DNA of 64,000 nucleotides from Convolutriloba macropyga (Eukaryota): NCBI RefSeq assembly GCF_964194025.1, contig NC_134479.1, positions 16,988,001 to 17,052,000 of the forward strand, read 5' to 3'. Shown piece by piece: positions 1 to 10,499 of this stretch (position 1 is its first letter; each line of letters starts with the position of its first letter). The notes under the pieces were generated by a model. It saw only the letters and a program-made list of their open reading frames with translations, ran no database searches and was not told where the DNA came from. The position numbers and the translations under genes were made by a program.

Positions 1-715
1 TTGGTCTTTGAGGAAATGTTGCTTTCGCAATCAACTATACAAGCCGCGGAACGTCTTTTTTCGTGACTTTGTTTGGAGCAAGATTGATTGTTCGATTAAC
101 TCAAGAATTGATGGTTTTAACAAATGAATCCAGTTTATCTAGATATGAATATGTCCAATTTTCTTCTTAGTATCTGTATATTATATTCTTGACGGACCGT
201 ATATTTCTTTCAGCAAAAGCAGACTTTTTCTCGCTGAAAGTACTGTATAAATGAATTCCGCGTTTGTTGCAAAAGTTTTTGAAAGCACCGAGGAACTCGA
301 CGCCATCATCGACCCAAACTTTTTTAGGTTGCTTATGTTTGACCACCTTTTTGAAAACCTCTGGAGTTTCTGTAGCATATTTTGTTTTTAGTGGTTCAAC
401 TCTGAGATATCTTGACAGACAGTCAACTGCAACAAGAAGGTATTTTACGCCACTGTTGTACTTTGCAAGTTTATCAAAAAATGCTAGATCTACGGACCAG
501 ATCTCATTTAGGTCATTAACAATTTCTTTAAACCTGGGAAATTTGAGGCAACGTGAACGATATTTGGGGAAGGATGGTTTCGTTTCCAGATACATTTTTA
601 CTTTTTTTAATTGATAATTTGCTCACATTTTGCAGTCTTTTTGCGTTTCCAAATGACGCAGGTCCTCTTAAATAGAGGTTATCAAGTTTCGTCACATCAT
701 TTTTAGAAAGCCCAA
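1..715 (-). pseudogene. Maverick retroviral-like (rve/DDE) integrase, disrupted
   Basis: DDE motifs WSVDLA, VWVDDG and AFAERNIR in ORF 167-595. The N-terminal LYLRGPASFG part is in another frame (frameshift near 600). The reading continues past in-frame stops (Y*EENWTYSYLDKLDSFVKTINS*VNRTINLAPNKVT). Confidence 0.92.
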
Positions 716-1460
716 TCTTCTCTACTCGTGTCTTCGTCTGTCTTCTTTTTGCTCTCGTCGACTTTTGGTTTTGCACTATTTTCTTTTGTCTCAGATCTTC
801 CTCTTGGTTGCTGTTTCTTTTGTTTTCGTGTCGGTTGCTCTTCCTCTTCTTCGCTGTAAAACTCATCGAAAACTTTTGTTGCATGAGTATTGTAAACCAA
901 GTGGGCTGCTATATCAAGTTCACTCAATATTTCGGAACACTTTTGCACGTCAATTTTTTTGGTAGGTTGTTGTAAATTGCACAAGAAATTTGTCACCTTC
1001 ACTCCTTGAGGTTCATCTTCAATATGGAGAACATTATTCTCTTCACTAATGGAAACAGTATCGGAATCAAAAATCTTTTTCAGGATAATTGCAGCTCTTT
1101 TTGTTTTATTTTCATCCATTAGTTTTAGTTCCAGCATCATTGAGTCAAAGGCTGAATCTTTCCGTTTTTTCACTACAGGTTCGATTTCACTGCCATCACT
1201 AACAAACGATTCTGATTTTACATCATCTGGATCACTTGTTCCATCACCTCTCCTTGTTCTCGTGATCAGCCTATCAATGCTTCTGTCAGCATCTTAAAAT
1301 TTTTTTCCACTGCTCTGCTTAAAATTTGGGTTAGATCTTTGTAGGAGCGATAACTGAGTGGCTTTTTGTTGACATATTGGATTATCAAAAATTTCTTCCT
1401 TGTTTGGGTTTTTCGATATGAACGTCCTCTTGGGGATCAAAACAAATTCTTCTGCATGCG
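703..1460 (-). pseudogene. Maverick hypothetical protein upstream of integrase (fragmented)
   Basis: EEFVLIPK...DNPICQQKATQLSLLQR (1294 ORF) and ORF 703-1173 lie in the Maverick gene run between the core-like ORF and the integrase; broken by stop/frameshift. Confidence 0.55.
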
Positions 1461-1739
1461 TTATTTGACTTTTAAATAAAGGTAGCACGAGAATCCTATT
1501 GCCTTGATAAATGCTGATTTTCTCGCTAAAATGAATCGCTTTTTCTTCAGACTTGTTTCGTTTGATAATAACTGCTGAAATGAGTCCTCTTGATTTTTTA
1601 GTTACTGTTTGTTGACTGGAACGTTGCCATTGATTACATAGGGCAAATACTCGCACAGAAAGTTTATGAAACTATTTGGTGCTTCTTTGAGGAACTTTCT
1701 GAAATTATTATCAGACAGCTCGAGCATTTGCTTTAGCAT
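1461..1739 (-). pseudogene. Small basic Maverick core-like protein, disrupted
   Basis: Manual translation MLKQMLELSDNNFRKFLKEAPNSFINFLCEYLPYVINGNVPVNKQ*LKNQEDSFQQLLS/KRTSLKKKRFIL resembles the small Maverick protein with CEC..N...GNVP...SLKKKR; one stop and one frameshift. Confidence 0.55.
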
Positions 1740-2401
1740 ACATAACTCTTTCTCTCATCTGTCAAATTAGTTACAACCGCTTTGGAGGAAGGTAGATAAT
1801 AAATTGTTGGACCTGGTTGTAAAATATTTGAACGATAACGCAAGGAGTCTGAAGTTTTTGGATCCAAGTCAATGAGTAAGTGTCCAAAAGGTAATTTTGT
1901 TGCTAGCTCGCAGCTTTCTTTTAAAAAATTTGTGTTGTTTAATTGTTTGTCAATATAGGTGATCTGCTGTATGTCTCTAGGTGGTTTGAACAAAATGATG
2001 TGGGTTGTGTAGAGATCTGTTGTTCTTGACCATTTACTCTGTTGGAATAAGTTATACTTAACGTAAATGGCGCTAATATTTCTATGACGTCCAGCAGTTG
2101 CGAGTTTAGAAAATTCTTAGTCATTGAAAAATTCCTCGCAAGAATCATCAAAAACAAGCAGACAGTTTTCCAGCTGTGAAATGAAATCAAATCCAGAAAA
2201 CTTCGTGAAAAAAGTGTTTAAGTTATGCTCTATAGAGCTGAACTTGGGTTGCTCATGTTGATAGAAGTAGTAAATAGATTTAAATTTTGGATAAAAGGTG
2301 TTTCTCAGCAACATTTGAAATATGAGCTCAGTTTTACCACAGCATGACGACCCACAAACAGCCATGAATAGTCTATCGCTTGTTGAAATTATCTTGTTCA
2401 T
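1733..2401 (-). pseudogene. A32/FtsK-like DNA packaging ATPase with one in-frame stop
   Basis: Walker A GSSCCGKT, Walker B LLVFDD, A32-type GRHRNIS, then FKPPRD and FGHLLIDL. ORFs 2117-2401 and 1733-1993 are one frame split by TAA at 2117-2119. Confidence 0.92.
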
Positions 2402-2700
2402 AGCTTCGGTTTAGGAAGCGCGTAGCCAACTGTGCACGAAAGCAGTGAAAACCAAAATGTTGACTCTTGACAATCAAGATGAAAAAACATAAATTTGATC
2501 AAAGACACGCCAATAACAAACAGTATTATTATGATTTGGGTAAAATACACTACTTCTGATGGCGGTAGTCTAGAGTTGCAAAATTTCCAAGAGCGTCTCT
2601 CTTGATTTTCGTCATCGAAAACTAAATCATTCAAACCTATTCCAGCAGGGGAATCTATCTGGTCTTCTTTATCACTCATTTTAAAAGATGTTTTGATCAA
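2398..2700 (-). CDS. Small two-transmembrane Maverick protein
   Basis: Two hydrophobic segments (VVYFTQIIIILFVIGVSLIKFMFF; FWFSLLSCTVGYALP). Its TGA overlaps the ATPase ATG (ATGA at 2401-2398). Confidence 0.65.
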   Translation of the reverse strand: MIKTSFKMSDKEDQIDSPAGIGLNDLVFDDENQERRSWKFCNSRLPPSEVVYFTQIIIILFVIGVSLIKFMFFHLDCQESTFWFSLLSCTVGYALPKPKL

Positions 2701-2724
2701 AAATTAATTGAAACATCAGTGTTA

Positions 2725-3262
2725 GCTCATTATTTTGTTAGTAACTCTCTCAACCATAAAAATTCATATGTGGTATATCTAGAGTCTTTGTCTCCCTTCT
2801 TGTAAGTCACTTTGTAGTTCGATTGCATGCCATAATCCCTTGCGTAATAGACAATTGACTCCACGTTTCTTTTGATTAGACAATTGACTCCACGCTTCTT
2901 CTGACTACCTGCTTGATTTCATCAGGGAGACTTTCTTCGTACAGGGCCACTTGAACCGGTGCTGGCGACATTTGAATAGTTAAAGGACTTAGTTTCAGTC
3001 TTTTCATTTTCTCTTGTAAAGACATGGTACATTTGAAAATATTCGAGCAATGAAAGATTTTTTTTAGCGTCTCCACCTCAGCTATGTTGCAAAGAATTTG
3101 TTGTTTCCTCAGAATAGATTGCCCCCGTGATTCTATTTTCTCCTCTCTGACCAAAGATAGAGTTATTTGATTATCATTCGTTATGAAACTGCATACTGTC
3201 CAACTTGGAGATAAATTCACTTGAGGAGCTGAAGTAGCTACCTTTTCCACTCGACGGCTCAT
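2725..3262 (-). pseudogene. Maverick hypothetical protein, truncated by a local ~29-bp duplication
   Basis: ORF 2876-3262 stops at a duplicated AGACAATTGACTCCACG. A paralogous fragment (ENLSDEIKQVVREGNMDSIVY) occurs at ~4716-4830. Confidence 0.5.
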
Positions 3263-3305
3263 TGGTGGGCAGTGTTAGCCAAGAGATATACAACTGTGCT
3301 TTTCT

Positions 3306-3767
3306 TTAAGCACAATGTTTATTCTTTTGTTTGTCGGGTAAGTTGAAAGAGTGTAAAGCACAAGTAAATTGTTTAATCGGATGAGAAATTTCATCAACTT
3401 TCAGGCATAAAAGAGTGTCCGAATCTACAACTTCCTTCTGCAATAGAGTTTGCAGTGATTCCGGTTTCTCTTTTCCTTTTGCATAAAACTTTCCGAATGG
3501 AAAACGAAGTTTAATTGCGATAAAGATCTGGGATAGAAAACAGTAAGGATAACTGCCAGTGCTCCAAGATAAACCGTGTAACAACGTACTAACCCACTGA
3601 TGAGATTTCCTCTCACTAGCGGAAAGTGAATTGTATGGCAGTGGTGGTAGGAATAAAATTGTGTCTGAATAATTGTTCGAGCAAATCGATAACTCTTTAA
3701 TTACCAAACCAGTCTTTTTGTGACGAAAACCTTCAAAATCTAAGACAACAACTTCAGAATTCAACAT
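3306..3767 (-). CDS. DEDD/DnaQ-like 3'-5' exonuclease-family Maverick protein (probably decayed)
   Basis: VVLDFEGF (ExoI-like DxE), IKELSI, HGLSWSTG, KGKEK, and a C-terminal C..H...HCA. Confidence 0.6.
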   Translation of the reverse strand: MLNSEVVVLDFEGFRHKKTGLVIKELSICSNNYSDTILFLPPLPYNSLSASERKSHQWVSTLLHGLSWSTGSYPYCFLSQIFIAIKLRFPFGKFYAKGKEKPESLQTLLQKEVVDSDTLLCLKVDEISHPIKQFTCALHSFNLPDKQKNKHCA

Positions 3768-4079
3768 TCCAGCAAATTAAATAATTTCCTTTTAAACGTT
3801 TTCACGAAAAGACAAAACGTTAGACCAGTCATGAAGTATTGCATGTAATCGACGGAATTCATAAGACTTCAGATAAGTGTCTAACGAGGAGTTGTCTATA
3901 CCAACAAGGCCACCATATGGTCTCAACTTGAGAACTATTTCCAAGTTAATGTCTGGGTTCAGATAATGACATGCTGCCAAAAAGTATACAAATCGTTCAC
4001 TATATTCGGGATAGTCGACTTTTATTTGTTCGTAAACTTCACGAATGTTTTTTAAATTTATGATCGCTATGGTTGTCAT
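3761..4079 (-). pseudogene. HD-motif (PLA2-like?) protein, paralog A copy 1, internal deletion
   Basis: RPYGGLVGIDNSS...LHAILHD. Compared with the 8169-8583 copy, ~100 bp are deleted between two CATGAC microhomologies. Confidence 0.6.
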
Positions 4080-4861
4080 GCTGATTCTCAAACAGAGAAA
4101 TAAATAAATAAACAAAAGTTGCTTTTATGTACACAAAATCATCAAGTTAACAAAATTTTTTTTTAAGAAAATTTTTCTATTTTTTATAGTAGAGACCTTA
4201 ACTGAGAAAATTTTCAAGTCAACAAAAAAATCAGTTTTGGGCGCTCTTTCATAGTGCAAAATCCATTTCAGACCATTTTAGGACTTTGAAAAATTTTGAA
4301 AAATTTTTCTGAAAAATTTGAAACTTTTTATATGTTTCAACCCCTATACTGCTTAAGTGAAAAAAGTAAAGTCAACAAAAAAATCAGTTTTGAGTGCTCT
4401 TTCATAGGGCAAAATCCATTTCGAATTTTAGGAGAATTTTTAGTAGAATTTTAGGACTATGAAAAATTTTGAAATTTTTTCGAATGTTTTTATAATTTTT
4501 ACCTCCACTTGCGCGGCAAAATGAACTTTCCTCACAAACACAAAAGTTACCATTCACATGAACCTACAAACTCGGTAAAATGGTTAAGATATAGTAAGCT
4601 GCTCCGTGACCAACAAAAGTTACAAAGATTTCACTTTTTCAAAACACAAATTTCTTGTACGGGGGTCCGAAACCCCCCCCCCCCCCACAGTCACTAAGCA
4701 AATGACTATACTACTCACCACAATCTTTTTCGTGGTAAACAATCGAGTCCATATTTCCCTCTCGGACAACTTGCTTAATTTCATCAGAAAGATTCTCATC
4801 GGTCAGAGACATCTGAACTGCTACTGTACTGGCCGCTTGGGAGTAGGTAAAGACTCGTAAA

Positions 4862-5200
4862 AACCAAGATACTCGTTTGTTACTGGACAGGGTTGGACAT
4901 ACGAATAACCCGGTCCCTTCTCACTATATTCAAAGACAAATCCAGAAGCGTCATGAAGAATTGCATGTAGTCTCAAAATTTTGTAAGATTTGAAATATTT
5001 GTCAATCGAGGAGTTTACAATACCCATCAAAACACCATAGGGCCTCAATTTCAATGCGATGTCCAAATCGATGTCCGGATCTAGGTAAACACAAGTTGCT
5101 AAAAAATATAAAAATTTTTCATCATATTCTGAATATTCTTTTTTACTTGCTGGTAAATCTCGTGAATGCTTTGCAAATCGACTGTTGCTATCGTTGTCAT
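4862..5200 (-). pseudogene. HD-motif (PLA2-like?) protein, paralog B copy 1
   Basis: MTTIATVDLQSIHE/...LRLHAILHDASGFVFEYSEKGPGYSYVQPCP; one frameshift, C-terminus deleted. Confidence 0.6.
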
Positions 5201-6099
5201 TGTGGAAAATGACTCCCAGAGAGCCTCTTAATCCCCTTAATTCTTTACTGTCTGGGATAACTACCCTCACATGTTTTAAGGATTCAATGACAACCCCCTA
5301 TCCTCACATGTTTAAGGGTCGAATGATAACCCCCTCTCTATATGCCCCTATTTCATCTTACTTGCATGAATTCAGATTTCAGATTATCACTAAAAAGCAT
5401 AAGGTTGAGTTCAGAAAATTTAGCAAATTTCATCGACGAATCTGTACCAACTTACGGATATAAAACACGATAAAAACTTTGTTTTTGCAATCAACATTAA
5501 ACCAGGGTGGGTTAGAAATTTGCAAAGGATTTCGAAAAAACTGGAGCATCCTGCCACAAAATAGCTCAAGTTAGCAAAAAAAAGAGTGATAATCTTGACA
5601 GTTTGGCATTATTAATTTAAATAGAGGCCGTCAGAAGTTTTCTAAGAGCTTTTTGTTAAATTCCTTTAGGTTCAGTTGCCATGTGGGAAAATGAAACAAA
5701 GTGATTTATATGTGCAACACAAAATTCAGGCTGGAAAATATTTTTATGTTCGTCACCCTCTTATAAGCGATGTTATGGAACCTGCCTCCCTCAACTATTA
5801 TTTCACCTTCTTCCTCTGATTAGTTTACGTTATCTGCTATGAATAGACAATACAGGGAAATCAACATTATCTCGACTGTTAAAGTCTGATTCATTATTTA
5901 ATCTTTTAAATCCGAAATCAATTTGCAGCCAACCTTCCGGTGAAGCAAGGAGCGTGCTATCCTTCTCAATATCAACGCTCCATTTATTTTCAAACAAAAC
6001 CTCCATTTCTTATTGAGTCAGAGAGTCCGACACCGTATCACTTGCAAAAATTTGAACTGTTGTCTCATAGGCTTGTCCGAACAGCAGTGTTTTGATCCC

Positions 6100-7691
6100 G
6101 CCTTGGAGAAAGACCCTTTAGGTCGCCTTAATACTCAAAACGTTCTTTCGATCAGTATGGTTCGATACAATTTCTCTGTTGCAATTGCGCAATGAGGAGG
6201 ACAAAAGAAATGGTCGTTGCATTCTTGATTCTTTTGTAGCTCTCGTGACACTTTTTGCAGAACTTTTGCGCGTGACTAAAATTGAAAAGAAAATTATCAA
6301 CGACTCATCCAGATTTTCTAGTAAAAATTTAACATAGGAATTCAAAGGAATAATATAGCATCGATTGCTTTTAAAAGTTAAGTATGATTGTCGTGAGATA
6401 ATCATTAATAATTTCAAATTTGGTTCGTTGTGATGGCATCTAAGTTCTCATCAGTTGACTAGAATGGATTAAAAGTAAAAAGAGATCCATTTATGTACTT
6501 GCAGTACTTGATAGACAACCTGCGCCAATGTGATTGTTATCATTCTTTTCTTTGGTTTAAGGGTTTTTCCGTACTCTCTATTATTCGTTAATTTAAACAA
6601 CTATTTTTAAGTGTGTTCCTATAGGAGTGTCTCTTTGGTGTTCATTGTGATATACCGCTCCAGGCAACTCTCTTGAAAAAACTGAATGAGACAATGTGAT
6701 GCACGTTTTCAAATATCAAACCAAGTAGAACGCAAATCTAAGGGTTCTGAGGTTGAAGCGTATGGACTGTTTTTTCGGAGACGGTTTGTAGCAACATAGG
6801 GACAATTGACAGCGGCAGCACGACACTCAGCTTCATTTTATCTGGTAGCCACTAATCATGTACCATTTTTTGGTGCTAGGGAAAAATCACAATGGGGGTC
6901 TCGTATGTCGTGTGGATACATTAGGTCGACTTCAAGGATCTATTATAAGGAAAAATCAGATGACGTTTTGAGTTCCTGCTCGACTGACACTTGAACATGT
7001 ATTCATCTACTGGCAGATGCTTTGGTCACATGATGCCACCATGCAGGTTGGTCGATCACCATGCATCGAACACAAAAACAAAAATACACTTAGCGTGCTA
7101 CATTAGATCTCCATGCTCCCTGGTGGTCAACAATTGAAAATTAGGCCGGGAGTTTTTGAAATTATTGTCACCAGCAATGTTTGATGACGCTGTAGTCTTT
7201 CATGCATAAACGCTTCCAAAGTGCTTCCAAAATGCACACCAGTGAAAGGGTGTTAAAATTCAAACTCGAGTTATTGTAGTCTTTAAAACTACGACAGTTT
7301 TTTTTAAACAGTTCTTGCTTTTTGAAAGTCTTATTCCGCAATCAGCAATTTTCCGTTCTCTGGGTTGTTTTTCCGGCATTCAATTGAAGACTTGTTCTGC
7401 TGGGAACTTCGATTTTGCTTTCATGTATGAAAAGGAATAGATTCTTTCTCCTTTGTTCGAAGCTAGTTCATGACTTGTCATTATCGAAGATAGCATCAAA
7501 AAACGGGGAAGCTGAATTGGGAATGGTGGCAACTAACTTTTCTGGCAATGTATTTAGAAACTTGAATGAGTCAATAAAGTGCAAAATACTCATAAATTGA
7601 ATTGAGTTGTCCTTCTCTTGTCCTGACTTTCTCAACTGGGACGCTAAGTGTCATCGATATACACTTCTTGTCTGTTGGTGGGATGACGATG
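6100..7691 (-). pseudogene. Protein-primed family B DNA polymerase remnant (element B)
   Basis: Manual translation gives HFIDSFKFLNTLPEKLV, NLHGGIM..HLPV (motif A), ILEVDLMYP...CDFSLAP and LFKLTNNREYGKT (motif B); many stops and frameshifts. Confidence 0.75.
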
Positions 7692-7906
7692 AGTAGTACG
7701 GTAATCTAACATATGCTTGAGGGGGGGGGGGGTTGGCCCTCATTCCCTACAAAAATTTCAAGGACCGCAAAACTGATATTCCGCCAAAATTTTTTGTTTC
7801 GACCAAACCTTCTAGCATCGTATACTTATTTTACATCCGAAACATTTATTCTTATGGCAAACTACGAACACCTAATTGTTACTTTTTACGTGGATATTCA
7901 ATTTTG
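7692..7906 (+). mobile_element. Maverick element C terminal inverted repeat start (copy 1)
   Basis: AGTAGTACGG + ~20 nt + poly-G + TACAAAAATTT, the same architecture as the element A terminus; it cuts the element B polB gene. Confidence 0.65.
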
Positions 7907-8175
7907 GGAAAACGAAGTTTAATTGCGATAAAGATTTGGGATAGAAACCAGTAAGGATAACTGCCAGTGCTCCAAGATAAACCGTGTAACAACGTACTAA
8001 CCCACTGATGAGATTTCCTCTCACTAGCGGAAAGTGAATTGTATGGCAGTGGTGGTAGGAAGAAAATTGTGTCTGAATAATTGTTTGAGCAAATCGATAA
8101 CTCTTTAATTACAAAACCAGTCTTTTTGAGACAAAAAACTTCAAAATCTAATACAACAACTTCAGAATTCAACAT
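7907..8175 (-). pseudogene. DEDD-like exonuclease, duplicate truncated at the duplication junction
   Basis: Nearly identical to the N-terminal 90 aa of 3306-3767. Confidence 0.65.
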
Positions 8176-8583
8176 TCCAGCAAATAAAACAAATTCCTGT
8201 TAAACGTTTTCACGAAAAGGCAAAACGTTAGACCAGTCATGTGACCAATATAAGCATTTGTGATTGGACAAGGTAAAACGTAGGAATATCCAGGGCCTTT
8301 CTGACTATGCTCTGCAATAAACCCTGAAGCGCCATGAAAAAATTGCATGTAATCGAAGGAATTTATAAGACTTCAGGTAATTGTCTAACGAGGAGTTGTC
8401 TATACCAATAAGGCCACCATATGGTCTCAACTTGAGAACTATTTCCAGGTTAATGTCTGGGTCCAGATAATGACATGCCGCCAAAAAGTATACAATTCGT
8501 TCACTATATTCGGGATAGTCGACTTTTATTTGTTCGTAAATTTCATGAATGTTTTTTAAATCTATGGTCGCTATGGTTGTCAT
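8169..8583 (-). pseudogene. HD-motif (PLA2-like?) protein, paralog A copy 2 (full length, 1 frameshift)
   Basis: ...PYGGLIGIDNSSLDNYLKSYKFLRLHAI/(L)HGASGFIAEHSQKGPGYSYVLPCPITNAYIGHMTGLTFCLFVKTFNRNLFYLLEC*; its stop overlaps the exonuclease start. Confidence 0.65.
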
Positions 8584-9184
8584 AATGATTCTCAAACAGA
8601 GAAATAAATAAATGAACAAAGTTGCTTTTATGTACACAAAATAATCAAGTTAACAAATATTGACTTTTTTTTCGGGAAAATTTTTCTATCTTTTATAGCA
8701 GACACCTTAGATGACAAAATTTTCAAGTCAACAAAAAATCAGTTTTGAGCGCTCTTTCATAGCGCAAAATCCATTTCAGACCATTTTAGGACTCTGAAAA
8801 ATTTTGAAATTTTTTCGAAAGTTTTTATAAATTTTACCTCCACTTGCGCGGCAAAATGAACTTTCCTCACAAACCCAAAAGTTACAATTCACATGAACCT
8901 ACAAACTCAGGAAAATAGTTAAAGTATAGTAATCTGCTCTGTGACCAACAAAAATTACAAAGATTTCACTTTTTCAAAACACAAGTTTCTTGTAGGGGGT
9001 CCGAACCCCCCCCCCCTCCACAGTCACTAAGCAAATGACTATACTACTCACCACAATCATTTTCGTGGTAAACAATCGAGTCCACATTTCCCTCTCGGAC
9101 AACTTGTTTAAATTCATCAGGTAGACTGTCATCGGTCAGAGACGTCTGAACTGCTACTGGCCGCTTGGGAGTAGGTAAAGACTC

Positions 9185-9530
9185 TCAAAAACCAAGATAC
9201 TCGTTTGTTACTGGACAGGGTTGGACATACGAATAACCCGGTCCCTTCTCACTGTATTCAAAGACAAATCCAGAAGCGTCATGAAGAAATGCATGTAGTC
9301 TCAAAATTTTGTAAGATTTGAAATATATGTCAAGCGAGGAGTTATCAATACCAATCAAACCACCATAGAGCCTCAATTTCAATGCGATGTCCAAATCGAT
9401 CTCCGGATCTAGGTAAAGACAAGTTGCTAAAAAATATTAAAAATCTTTCACCATATTCTGAATATTCTTTTTTTACTTGCCGGTGAATCTCGTGAATGCT
9501 TTGCAAATCAACCGTTGCTATTGTTGTCAT
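9185..9530 (-). pseudogene. HD-motif (PLA2-like?) protein, paralog B copy 2
   Basis: ORF pieces 9345-9530 and 9185-9394; LRLHAFLHDASG...KGPGYSY. Confidence 0.6.
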
Positions 9531-10499
9531 TGTGGAAAATGACTTTCAGAGAGTCTCTTAATCCCCTTAATTATTTCCTGTCTGGGATAACTACCCTCAC
9601 ATGTTTAAGGATTTAATGATAACCCCCTATCCTCACATGTTTAGGGATCGAATGATAACCCCCCTCTCTCGATGCCCCTATTTCATCTTACTTGCATGAA
9701 TTCAGTTTTCAGATTATCACTAAAAAGCATAAGGTTGAGTTCAGAAAATTTAGCGAATTTCATCGACGAATCTGTACAAACTTACGGATATAAAACATGA
9801 TAAACACTCTGTTTTTGCAATCAACATTAAACCAGGGTGGGTTAGAAAGTTGCAAAGGATTTCGAAAAAACTGGAGCATCCTACCACAAAATAGCTCAAG
9901 TTAGCAAAAAAAGAGTGATAATCTTGACAAGTTTGGAATTATTTATTTAAATAGAGGCCGTCAGAAGTTTTTTAAGAGCTTCTTTAAAATTTCGTTAGGT
10001 TCAGTTGCCATGTGGGAAAATGAAACAAAGTGATTTATATGTGTGCAACACAAAATTCAGGCTGGAAAATGTTTTCATGTTCGTCACCCTCCTATAAGCG
10101 ATGTTATGGAATCTGCCTCCCTCAACTAATATTTCACTGGTTAGTTCTTCCTCTGATTAGTTGGATCTGACGTTATTTGCTATGAATAGACAATGCAGGG
10201 AAATCAACATTATCTCGACTGTTAAAGTCTAATTTTTTATGTAAATTTTTAAAATCCAAAATCAGTTTGCTGTCAACCTTCCGCTGAAGCAAAGAGGAAC
10301 AACCTTCCGCTGGAACAACCTTCCGTTTGCTGTCAACCTTCCGCTGGAACAAAACCTCCATTTCTTATTGAGTCAGAGAGTCCGACTCCGTATCACTAGC
10401 AAAAAATTGAACTGTTGTCTCATAGGCATGTCCGAACAGCAGTGTTTTGATCCCGCCTTGGAAAAAAACGCTTTTGTTGGTAAATAAAAAAAGGTCACC

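Larger units (their letters stand above)
1..4715 (-). mobile_element. Maverick/Polinton element A, one arm (decayed; continues beyond window start)
   Basis: Co-oriented minus-strand integrase, A32 ATPase and small ORFs with overlapping start/stop codons. Terminus ...GACTATACTACT at 4715 (reverse complement AGTAGTATAGTC, then a poly-G tract) matches the (AGT)n Maverick end. Confidence 0.85.
4716..7691 (-). mobile_element. Maverick element B internal fragment (target of elements A and C)
   Basis: Contains a paralog of the 2876 ORF, HD-protein paralog B and a pPolB remnant; bounded on both sides by outward-facing termini of other Mavericks. Confidence 0.7.
3499..7906. repeat. Tandem segmental duplication, unit 1 (~4.4 kb)
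   Basis: Colinear with 7907-12122 at roughly 90-95% identity by eye, with several indels; junction at GGAAA microhomology near 7907. Confidence 0.92.

Noticed and set aside
5255-5340. Short repeated CCTCACATGTTTAAGG...ATGATAACCCCC units, superficially array-like
   Set aside because: Only two to three degenerate units without unique spacers, in a eukaryotic context; not CRISPR.
10268-10350. Triplicated AACCTTCCGCTG motif (similar small doublets at 18150-18240 and 24512-24558)
   Set aside because: Local slippage duplications; the first is absent from the sister unit.
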